A DNA stretch of 64,000 nt from IMG/VR virus record IMGVR_UViG_3300044625_001067, positions 186,001 to 250,000 of that record; one strand, given 5' to 3'. Positions 1 through 8,700 of the stretch are shown piece by piece; position 1 is the stretch's first letter; every line of letters begins with the position of its first letter. The translations under genes were made by a program, and so were the position numbers. The notes beneath the pieces are model-generated. The model worked only from the letters and a program-made list of their open reading frames with translations. It was not told where the DNA came from and ran no database searches.

Positions 1-2
1 TT

Positions 3-1307
3 GACGAGCACGTACAAAGTTCGTTCTCAAAGTTAGTTCAAGAGGTTGTATCGAGACCGTGGTACGTTGAGGAATACAGCTCAAAGCCTGGCGATACTGC
101 AGTAAGGGACTTCGTAGCAGAAATCCTCGAAGAACTACCCTTAGATGAGATATATAAGGGACTTGCTGAAGCTCTTATCGTGGGGTTTAGTGTTGGCGAA
201 ATAATGTGGAAGAAATCAAAACGCGGGGTAATACCCTTTGACATTAGAATTAGAGACCAGCGCCGATTTGTTTTCCAAGAAGCGGAAGACTCACAAACAG
301 GCTTCACAATGAGGTGCTTAACCTTCAATCGTATGTTTGAGGGGGTTGAGCTCCCTGCTCGAAAATTCGTCGTAAATCGCTACTGGACTCAGCACAACGG
401 GGACCCATACGGAACTTCGCTAGGGCGAGTTCTTTACCCCCTGGTGAAATTCCGGAGAAGAGCCCTTGAGTCCTACGTTCTCTATGGGGACCGGTATGCG
501 ACACCCACAGCTGTTGCGACCGCACCCCTAAGCGCGTCTTCTGCTGAAATTGACACGATCTATGATCATATCTCAAACTTATCTCAGGAAACTGCGCTTA
601 TTTTGCCGGAAGGGTACAAGCTTGAGTTTGTTAACCCGAGCGGAACTCCGGATGTGTTTAAGGGACTGATTGACTATATCGACAAGGAAATTAGCCTCAT
701 ACTTTGCGGGGAAAACGAGGCTGGGCAAGCTGAGTCTGGATCCAGAGCTTCTTCGCAGGTTGCAAACGTTGTTCGAGTTGTGAAGGCAGCGGAAATTTCC
801 GAAGCGATCTCTCACACTCTGACTCGCACTCTGGTACGATGGATTGTAGACCTTAACTTCGGTGTAGACGTTGCAGCGCCAACCCTCACAAGGGAGTTTC
901 GAATTGAGGAGTCTTCCCTCACTGCCACCGACCTGGGTTCCCTTATCGACAAGGGGTACAAACCGCGTAGGGAGTGGGTTGAGAGGCATTTTCGTATTGA
1001 GCTTGAAGACGAAGCTCCTGAGTTCATGACGAAAGAGGAAGAAGGGAATACCACCTATAGCCCTGACGAGGACGAGGACCTTTACGGATCTATTTTTGGT
1101 GCTGACGGGGAGTACCCCGAAGGAAGTCTGGAGGACGAGCCGGAGGGTGGCGACGAGCCAAAGCCGGAGGAAGAACCATCTGGTGAGCAAACCACGTACA
1201 ACCCTGAAGAAGACGGAAACCTTTACGACTCAGTGTTCGGGAATGACTTAGAACCCGCTGAAGAAGGCGAAAAGAAGGGTAAAAACGTGTATGAGTACAA
1301 CGAGTAG
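3..1307 (+). CDS. Portal protein, Mu gp29/DUF935-like (5'-truncated by window edge)
   Basis: Frame open from base 3 (DEHVQSSFSKLVQEVVSRPW...GFSVGEIMW...PYGTSLGR...LVRWIVDLNFG), motifs typical of DUF935 portals; first gene of head module; acidic C-terminal tail. Confidence 0.85.
   Translation, partial: DEHVQSSFSKLVQEVVSRPWYVEEYSSKPGDTAVRDFVAEILEELPLDEIYKGLAEALIVGFSVGEIMWKKSKRGVIPFDIRIRDQRRFVFQEAEDSQTGFTMRCLTFNRMFEGVELPARKFVVNRYWTQHNGDPYGTSLGRVLYPLVKFRRRALESYVLYGDRYATPTAVATAPLSASSAEIDTIYDHISNLSQETALILPEGYKLEFVNPSGTPDVFKGLIDYIDKEISLILCGENEAGQAESGSRASSQVANVVRVVKAAEISEAISHTLTRTLVRWIVDLNFGVDVAAPTLTREFRIEESSLTATDLGSLIDKGYKPRREWVERHFRIELEDEAPEFMTKEEEGNTTYSPDEDEDLYGSIFGADGEYPEGSLEDEPEGGDEPKPEEEPSGEQTTYNPEEDGNLYDSVFGNDLEPAEEGEKKGKNVYEYNE
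1277..1291 (+). promoter_or_regulatory. GGGTAAAR-N5-YA putative late promoter
   Basis: GGGTAAAAacgtgTA; the final A is the A of the ATG at 1291. Confidence 0.6.
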
Positions 1308-3870
1308 CAAAGTGTTTTCAAAACGTGTTCATGTTTTTACGGCGGGACCCCAGGTTTCTGCCCAGGGCGTAGAAAGGGACTTCACACCCCAAGACCTTCA
1401 GCAAGTTGTTGATTCCTACGACCCCCAAACACATGAGGCACCCCTTGTTATTGGTCATACTGGGGACAACGACAGTGTTCCTTCTTTTGGGTGGGTCAAA
1501 AAGTTGGTCAGAAGCGGAGAGAAGCTATACGCAGACGTTGACTTCACTGACACTGCTAAAGATTTAGTGAAAAAAGGGCATTACCGCAAAGTCTCCATAT
1601 CCTTCTACTCTCCAAACTCTCCAATTAACCCGCATGAGGGACAGTGGAGCGTTCGGCACTTGGCACTTTTGGGAGCGTCGCCCCCTGCGGTTAAGGGCCT
1701 GGAGCCTTTCTCGTTCTCTGAGGAAGGTGACGGAGTGTTCAACTTCGCTTCAGCCCTCTCTCCCGAAGACATCTTTGACGATGAGCTCGGCCCCACACTT
1801 CTTGTTGAGCGAGGCCCGTTGGAAATCCTAAAGGAAAAGCTTGAGGAAATTCGTGGAGACATGAGTTCTTCTCTTCAAGAGCTACAAGAAAACCAAGACG
1901 ATCAGACTGAAACAGACGTCGATTCGACACAAACTACAAATTCGGCGGATGAAAGTACCGCCCCCGAAAACCCTAACCAGCAATTTTCCGAAATGAAAAA
2001 GAAAATGGGGCGTGAAGGAGCTGAAGTCTCCGAATCCGCTCAAAGTCTAGCAAACATGGAAGACAAATTTCCAGAAGAGAAGTTCGACGAAGGAGTCTCT
2101 CGCAAAGTTGCGAAAGGGGCTCACGGCCACCACGTACAAGTTGTGGAAGAGGTTTTTGAAGAGGGCGATGAAGAACTCTCGGACGAACACCGTGAGATTC
2201 CCGCTGCTTTCAAGAAAAATATCGCTAAGGTGAAGGCTAAGAACAAAGCCACCGATGATGGTGACGAAGGCGACGAAGATGAACTTTCCGAGGAACACGG
2301 AGAAGTTCCTGCGGCATTCAAGAAAAATATCGCTAAGATGAAGGCCAAGAGCGCGAAAGTGGAAGAGTCTGACGAGGAAGACTCTGAGGGCGACTACGCT
2401 GAGGTAGGCTACAAAACATCTGCAAATCGGAAGGCATCGTTTGGAAAACGTGCTGAGAAGGATCCAGGGGATCCAGCTGGTCGTTCTAAAACAGCACGGT
2501 CATCCGACGATAGCTACGGGGACCGTCAGTCGGTTGGACAAGGGGGTGAGGAAGACCGCGAAGGTTTGACTTCAGACGTGGCGCAAGACACGGACCGTTT
2601 AAACACTGCTAAGGACGGTGACCAGGAGCAAGACCGAGAAGAGCTGGCGAAGGCACTCGACGGTGAAGGGGACGAAGATTCCCGTTGGGCTGACCAACCT
2701 GAGGGTCGCCGCCGTTCAATGGAAGACGACCAGTACAACGATGGTGAGTACGGACTTCCAGGAAGAAACAAACCGGGAACCTCCGATGGAAACGACCCCC
2801 ACGGTCGCGACGGCGGGCCAACAACCGTCTCTGAGGACTCTGAGGAAGAGCCCGACACCGAGGACATTGCTGTGCCACTTCAGAGCACCAAGGGCAACAA
2901 AGTTTCTCGCGTTCTTCACCAAACCTCCGGACAAAAGAGGGCGTCGGTCAAAGGTAAGGAAATTGCGGATCACAGCGAAGAGTCCGACGGTGTTACACGA
3001 ACTGCGAAAAGGGCAGGTGTTTCTGCGGGGAACGACCCCCACGGTCGCGAAGACGGACCCACAAACTTCCCAGACCGGTCCGAGGAAGAGCCGGACGACC
3101 TCGACATTGCTGTCGACCTGGAAAATGTAGTGGGTAATCGCAAAGTTCGTGTGCTGCGTCAGAGATCGGGTGAAAAGCCTTCGATTGACCACGCTGAAGA
3201 AGACGATCTTGACGTTGAGGAGTGTGAGTCCACTGGGAGAGTTTCTCGCAAGTTTGCAGAACGCGATCCAATGACTCGAACCGGGAAAGGCTCCACTTAT
3301 GGGCAGAAGCGTCCCGTTATGGAAGAGGATCCGGACGAGGATGGCGACCGTGACGACAACGAATTCGCTGAAACTGACGACTTCTGTGGAATGGGGTCAA
3401 TGGGCCAGGCTAAGCCTATGGGTTATCCCACCCAAATGTTCGAAGAGTTCCAACGCGAGCTGGAAAATCTTAAGAGCGAAAATTCTCGCCTGAAGAAAGA
3501 GTACCAGGAGCATCAGACCAGAACACGTAAGCAACGCATCGCCGACTTTGTTGACAGCCTGTACACTGAAGGAAAAATGACTGACGGGGTAATTCCTCAG
3601 AGAGAGCTTCAAAACTACTGCGAAGGTCTTGAGTTCGGTACACTTGACTTCGCAGAAGGAGAAACTCCAACGACCAAGTTGTTTGCGCTGCTTGAGCGTT
3701 TGCCCAACATGGTTCACTTCGGTGAAGTTGTCGCAGAGGGACGTTTCAGTGACCCTGAAGATGACGAAGATCTAGACCCCCATTCTCGTGCAATGAAGAT
3801 GGTTCAGGCTGGAGAGTGCGACTATGTCGAGGCAATTAAGCGTTCCATTCCTTGGGGAGGTCGGGGCTGA
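1291..3870 (+). CDS. Mu-like prohead protease/scaffold protein with long acidic linker
   Basis: N-terminal HEAPLVIGH...FGWV...YRKVSISFY...HLALLGASPPAVKGL protease signature; acidic middle with internal repeats; C-terminal coiled-coil scaffold. Confidence 0.85.
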   Translation: MSTTSSKVFSKRVHVFTAGPQVSAQGVERDFTPQDLQQVVDSYDPQTHEAPLVIGHTGDNDSVPSFGWVKKLVRSGEKLYADVDFTDTAKDLVKKGHYRKVSISFYSPNSPINPHEGQWSVRHLALLGASPPAVKGLEPFSFSEEGDGVFNFASALSPEDIFDDELGPTLLVERGPLEILKEKLEEIRGDMSSSLQELQENQDDQTETDVDSTQTTNSADESTAPENPNQQFSEMKKKMGREGAEVSESAQSLANMEDKFPEEKFDEGVSRKVAKGAHGHHVQVVEEVFEEGDEELSDEHREIPAAFKKNIAKVKAKNKATDDGDEGDEDELSEEHGEVPAAFKKNIAKMKAKSAKVEESDEEDSEGDYAEVGYKTSANRKASFGKRAEKDPGDPAGRSKTARSSDDSYGDRQSVGQGGEEDREGLTSDVAQDTDRLNTAKDGDQEQDREELAKALDGEGDEDSRWADQPEGRRRSMEDDQYNDGEYGLPGRNKPGTSDGNDPHGRDGGPTTVSEDSEEEPDTEDIAVPLQSTKGNKVSRVLHQTSGQKRASVKGKEIADHSEESDGVTRTAKRAGVSAGNDPHGREDGPTNFPDRSEEEPDDLDIAVDLENVVGNRKVRVLRQRSGEKPSIDHAEEDDLDVEECESTGRVSRKFAERDPMTRTGKGSTYGQKRPVMEEDPDEDGDRDDNEFAETDDFCGMGSMGQAKPMGYPTQMFEEFQRELENLKSENSRLKKEYQEHQTRTRKQRIADFVDSLYTEGKMTDGVIPQRELQNYCEGLEFGTLDFAEGETPTTKLFALLERLPNMVHFGEVVAEGRFSDPEDDEDLDPHSRAMKMVQAGECDYVEAIKRSIPWGGRG

Positions 3871-3901
3871 TAGCTCCGAGACTTCTGCTCAGAGTGGAAC
3901 T

Positions 3902-4609
3902 ATGGACCTTCTAACTTTGGTCGGGCAGGTAACAAAAAAGCGAGCGGACTACTTCTCTCAAGCCGAGGTCTTAGCTCGCAAAGCGAAAACACAAGAGAAG
4001 CTGGAAAGTCTCATGACAAACCAGTCGAAAGTTCTTGTGAAGGCTTTGCGAGACAAGGACATTCGCTGGGAGGAGTACTCTCGAACTTTGATTGATAAGA
4101 CACTGTCTGCAGCCCTCGCTGCCGTTCACCTAGGGGCAGGAAAAGCCTCGCCACAAGCAAAAGTCGAACGGGCATGGGGCACTGTAACCGGGCAAATGCT
4201 CCCACCTTTGTTGGAATTCTTGAGCCAAACCGAACTAGCACTAAACGACGGATCCCTAATGCTCGGCGACGACCGCATAAATTTCTCGGAAATTGATCTT
4301 GAAGATATGTACGAAGGGGGCGAAGAGGTACTTCCACCGAAGCCGAAAATGTCTTGGCTGAGCCTTGTTACCAGAGTCGTTCGCTACCTTGCAAACCCTT
4401 CCTACTCATTTTTCAACCTTGGTGACTCCTACGTGAAACAAGAGCAGGGTTACCGGGAGATGCGACGAGTGCCAGTGTTGGACACGAGAACTTGTCCTGA
4501 CTGCATAAAGTTTGGGGAGAAGGGGTGGCAGCCCTTTGGAACCCTGCCGATGCCGGGGCAAGAGTGCCGGTGCTACGATCGCTGCCGCTGCCGAATCGAC
4601 TACCGTTGA
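3902..4609 (+). CDS. MuF-like minor head (morphogenesis) protein
   Basis: C-terminal RRVPVLDTRTCPDC...PMPGQECRCYDRCRC resembles MuF/SPP1 gp7 C-terminus; head-module location; ATG 3902 preferred over overlapping upstream start. Confidence 0.65.
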   Translation: MDLLTLVGQVTKKRADYFSQAEVLARKAKTQEKLESLMTNQSKVLVKALRDKDIRWEEYSRTLIDKTLSAALAAVHLGAGKASPQAKVERAWGTVTGQMLPPLLEFLSQTELALNDGSLMLGDDRINFSEIDLEDMYEGGEEVLPPKPKMSWLSLVTRVVRYLANPSYSFFNLGDSYVKQEQGYREMRRVPVLDTRTCPDCIKFGEKGWQPFGTLPMPGQECRCYDRCRCRIDYR

Positions 4610-4640
4610 CGAACACACACTAACCCACTAACATACCATT

Positions 4641-5063
4641 ATGGCTATTCTAAAACCAGTTGTTGAATCCCAAGTAGAAATTTCACTGTCTCGAGACGAC
4701 GGGAGTATGCGTTATGACCGGTCTTTCACAGCAATATCCGAGCTAATTGCTCACAGATTTGGAGCAGAAGTTACTTACGACCCTATAACGATTGAGTCAG
4801 TCTTTGATCCTATTTTTCACAAAGATCTTCTTGCGTACTGCGTAGACGCTTTCAAAAACCCTGAAAAGCATGGGGAAACCTTCACGCTTGTTCTATCAAT
4901 GCGTCATTCCCACGGAAGTGAACAAGGGACGCGAGCTCAGTACGAAATTACCGGTTGTCAGCTGATTGGGTTTTCCTTCCCTAAGTTCGACCGAAATGTC
5001 GGAGATGCGGCTAAGTTCAAACTATGCTTTAGACCCTCTGGATTGTCAAAACTTCTTACCTGA
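4641..5063 (+). CDS. Tail tube-like protein (paralog of 9515-9958)
   Basis: MAILKPVVESQVEIS vs MAILRPITKSQYEVS; YEITGCQ..FDR vs YTCYGCQ..VDR. Confidence 0.55.
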   Translation: MAILKPVVESQVEISLSRDDGSMRYDRSFTAISELIAHRFGAEVTYDPITIESVFDPIFHKDLLAYCVDAFKNPEKHGETFTLVLSMRHSHGSEQGTRAQYEITGCQLIGFSFPKFDRNVGDAAKFKLCFRPSGLSKLLT

Positions 5064-5067
5064 AGCA

Positions 5068-5075
5068 GGGTAAAA
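5068..5075 (+). promoter_or_regulatory. GGGTAAAR putative late promoter
   Basis: GGGTAAAA in intergenic gap upstream of 5151. Confidence 0.55.
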
Positions 5076-5150
5076 CCTGAATAACTAAGCTAGGTGAAAA
5101 ACAAGTCCTAGAGGAAACAACAAAACCAATAACCCTTTGAAAATATCAAA

Positions 5151-5624
5151 ATGTCTTTGAACATCGCACCAGTTTACGGTAAGCAATTCATTCGTTACGC
5201 GGAGACTTTCACCGCTGCTACTGACAACCAAGGTGGAACGGCTGGAGTCGTTGAAATTCCTGAGTTTGCAGTTGTTGCTTACGCAACCTATGCCGGAGCA
5301 AACAAAGTTTGCGCCCCTGGCAACCTAACCGCGTTTGATGGGAAGATTGTAGGTGTGAACCAGGCCTACATTCCCACAGCCCTGTCTCAACCTCGCACCG
5401 CTCGTCAAGCTTCTGTGGCCACCAGTGGCTCCTTGCTTGTTGAAGTGAGTGCCAGCGCCGTGGCCCCCTTCGTACTCAACGCCCAGCTTTCAGTTGGTGC
5501 TGACGGCAAGGCGCTACCCACTGCGAATACCGGGACCAACGTCACTCTTGACGGTACTATCCCGCTCATTCGTGAAATCGTGCGAATCGGCGGTCGCACT
5601 GTCTTGCTGGTTTCATTCGCCTGA
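5151..5624 (+). CDS. Capsid decoration/cement protein (DUF2190-like)
   Basis: Small Ala/Gly/Val-rich protein directly upstream of major capsid; IVGV...ASVATSGSLLVE...SVGADGKA pattern. Confidence 0.6.
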   Translation: MSLNIAPVYGKQFIRYAETFTAATDNQGGTAGVVEIPEFAVVAYATYAGANKVCAPGNLTAFDGKIVGVNQAYIPTALSQPRTARQASVATSGSLLVEVSASAVAPFVLNAQLSVGADGKALPTANTGTNVTLDGTIPLIREIVRIGGRTVLLVSFA

Positions 5625-5659
5625 GAAAAGCTGACGCATTTCGGTGCGTTTTCACTAAG

Positions 5660-5690
5660 AGCCTTCAACTTTCGAGTTGGGGGCTTTTTT
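5660..5690 (+). terminator. Intrinsic terminator
   Basis: AGCCTTCAACT-TTCG-AGTTGGGGGCT followed by T-run. Confidence 0.8.
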
Positions 5691-5702
5691 CGTGAAAAAG
5701 AA

Positions 5703-5710
5703 GGGTATAA
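5703..5710 (+). promoter_or_regulatory. GGGTATAA variant promoter for major capsid gene
   Basis: Variant of the recurrent motif just after the terminator, 96 nt upstream of capsid ATG. Confidence 0.5.
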
Positions 5711-5798
5711 CTACAGTGACCCCAAAGTTTTAGGACTCGCGGGTCGGATTGCTTCGGCAATCTTTGAAGTCAACTTTACACACAAGGAAACATCTATT

Positions 5799-8700
5799 AT
5801 GATGAATCATAAAGGTTCCACTCAGAGGTGACTCTGATTGAAAATCGGGTGAATTGCTGGGACACCTTAGTTTTGCTTTTGCAAAACAGGCAATCAGCAG
5901 CCAAGGCCCCTAGGGATAGGGGCAAGGTTCAACGACTAGGATAAGTAATCTAGAACAGAAGAAAGTCCCAAGAGCGCCCGACTCTTTGCTCAGGCAAAGA
6001 TGATGATATAGTCTGAACTTTACAGAAATGTAGAGAAGTAAAGGATAAAGAGCCTTTACGATAACAAGTTGCTACAACAGACCTATGCAGGGGTCGATCC
6101 CATTTTTTAGAGTGGCTTTGTTTTAACAAAGAAAATCCGGTGAATTGCTGGGACACCTTAGTTTTGCTTTTGCAAAATAGGCAATCAGCAGCCAAGTTTA
6201 CTTAGGGTCTTTACTAGCTATAGTAGAGTTAGGTAAAAAGGTTCAACGACTAGAAGATGACTGACCCAAGAATAACTCTTCCACGAGCGCCGGGACTCAC
6301 TAGTTACAGACAACTAAACAGATACTTTTTCTTCTTAGAAAAATTCGGTTCCCTCGAAAAGTTTAAATGCTGTCACGAACACCACATCCACCCAACTAAA
6401 ATGGGAGGAAGTGATGCCAAAGTGAACTTAATTTACCTTACACCCAGGGCCCATTACATCGCCCATCAGCTCCTCTTTAGAGCATTTACGGGAAACCAAC
6501 AAGCCCAACGGGCTGCTTGGCTTATGTCCCACACGATTGACGAAGCTTTCGTCAATTCTAGGGTGTATGAGTTTCTAAAAAATAACTACATTTTTTCTGA
6601 AGAGACCCGTAATAAACTTTCTGAAGCAGGTAGGAATAGGAAACTTAGTTTCGAGTCCAGAGAAAAAATCTCTAACTCAAACAAAGAAACCTACAGAAAC
6701 ACCTCTAAAGAAGTTCTACTAGAGAGAATTGAAAGGATGAGGGAGACTAAGAGAGGTACCCCGTGGAATGAGAGTCATAGAAACTCTATCCCCCCTTCTC
6801 TTCCTAGGGGGAGAGATCACTGGAGACTAAAAGATAGTCCATTATGGGGTGTATCCGATGAAATACTCAAAGTATGGCTAGAGAATGGTAAACCATCTTA
6901 TGTTATGCTTTGTAGATTGTTAGGAATCCCCAAAACTAAATCTGTTATGTCTGTAATAAAGAGTATGATATAGTCTGAACTCTTTGGAAACAAGGAGAAG
7001 TAGAGGATAAAGAGCCTTTACGATAACAAATGTCTTACAACCCTTGCACAAGGTTTTATGCTTCCGTCAACAAATATTGCGAATTTTATCGCACCGGTTG
7101 TTGACACTCCTACCAGAGCTGGGAGAATTCTCAGATTTGGGAAGGAACAGTTTGCTATAAACGATTTCCGTCGTGCTTACGGAACTAACATCCCATACGT
7201 CCAAAGCCGCTACGACTCTGAGCCTTATGCTCTAGAGCAGGAAGTGGTCGCCTGGGAATTGCCTGAAGAGGTTGAATCAATAGCCTCCATCAGTTGAGAA
7301 ACTGAAAGAAAAACTGGGTGAATTGCTGGGAAGCCTACGGCTTCAAACGAGAGTTTGAAACTATGGTAATCAGCAGCGAAGCGTTTTCGGGAGAAAACGA
7401 ACGTTCAACGACTAACAGCATACCACTAGAACAGTGATGAAGCTGACAAGAGCGCCTAGCACCCTAACAAGGGTGAAGATATAGTCTGAACTTTCTGGAA
7501 ACAGAAAGAAGTAAAGGATAAAGAGCCTTTACGATAACAGTATTGAATTGAAAACGCTGGCGAGGGTTGTTTGGCTCTTGCTGTGGCAGCTTAACCACAA
7601 ATTAACTGGGTGAATTGCTGGGATCCCTGAATTTCCATTAAAGAAACAGGCAATCAGCAGCCAAGTTTACTACGTCGAGAAGTCACTATGATTTCTGTGG
7701 TGAAAAGGTTCAACGACTAGACGATGAGTTTCGACAACAATAACTCGTCCACGAGCGCCCAGAGCAACATAACGTGCCATTACCGTAACAAATACGAAAA
7801 GTGGTACTGGACTTTAATCAACAAGTTTGAAAATAGAGACTACCTTCCAAAAAAGTTCGAAAATCACCACCCGGTACCAAAAGAGATCTGGCCCAAAGAC
7901 TGGGATAGTCGTGAGATTATAACCACTGTTGGAGTTAGTGTGAGGGAGCACTTCATACTACACCTACTACTAACCAAAGTGGGATTCAGCCACTCTTCCC
8001 TTATCAGATTTCTAAAAGGTTTTCGAAGGGGCCAACAAAGGGGCTTACACGCTACCAACTTAAAAAAGTTGTGGGATCGCTACCAGTTTAAGGGAGACAA
8101 TCTTCCGGATAAACCTTGGGAGCACAGCTACAGGGAAGATTTAAGTTTTCTCGACCTTTGGGTAGACGCTGACTACTTTTATTGGGTGTGGTTGAACATA
8201 CTTCCTACCCCCCTGGGGAAAGGATCCGGCTACCCCGGAAACGGCTATCGAAATCTGTCGAAAGCGGTTGGAGTTAAACCCACAAAGTCGATCAGAAGGA
8301 TGGTAATCTATTTCAAGGCAGGATGGGATCCCTTAAAGGACCCAAGTTGGTTAGATTTCGTTGCTAAGATATAGTCTGAACTTTCTGGAAACAGAAAGAA
8401 GTAAAGGATAAAGAGCCTTTACGATAACAATTTGCCTGCACAAGTAGATCTTCGTGCGATTGAAACAAGGAATGCGATGTCGAGGCTAAACACATTGGCC
8501 CTATGAGCTTAAGCTCATTTAGAAAATTGGGTGAATTGCTGGGAAACCTGACGGTTTCAGGAATGACTTCTCTGAAACACAAGGCAATCAGCAGCCAAGT
8601 TTACTACGTCGAGAAATCGCTATGATTTCTGTGGTGAAAAGGTTCAACGACTAGACGATGAGTTTCGACAACAATAACTCGTCCACGAGCGCCCAACTCT

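Noticed and set aside
6069-6071. Alternative 3' splice site of intron 1 after G6068 (adds one Leu)
   Set aside because: In frame and not excluded, but G6071 matches the ...TG ending of the other four introns
7541-7545. Alternative 3' splice site of intron 3 after G7540
   Set aside because: Puts exon 4 out of frame with exon 5
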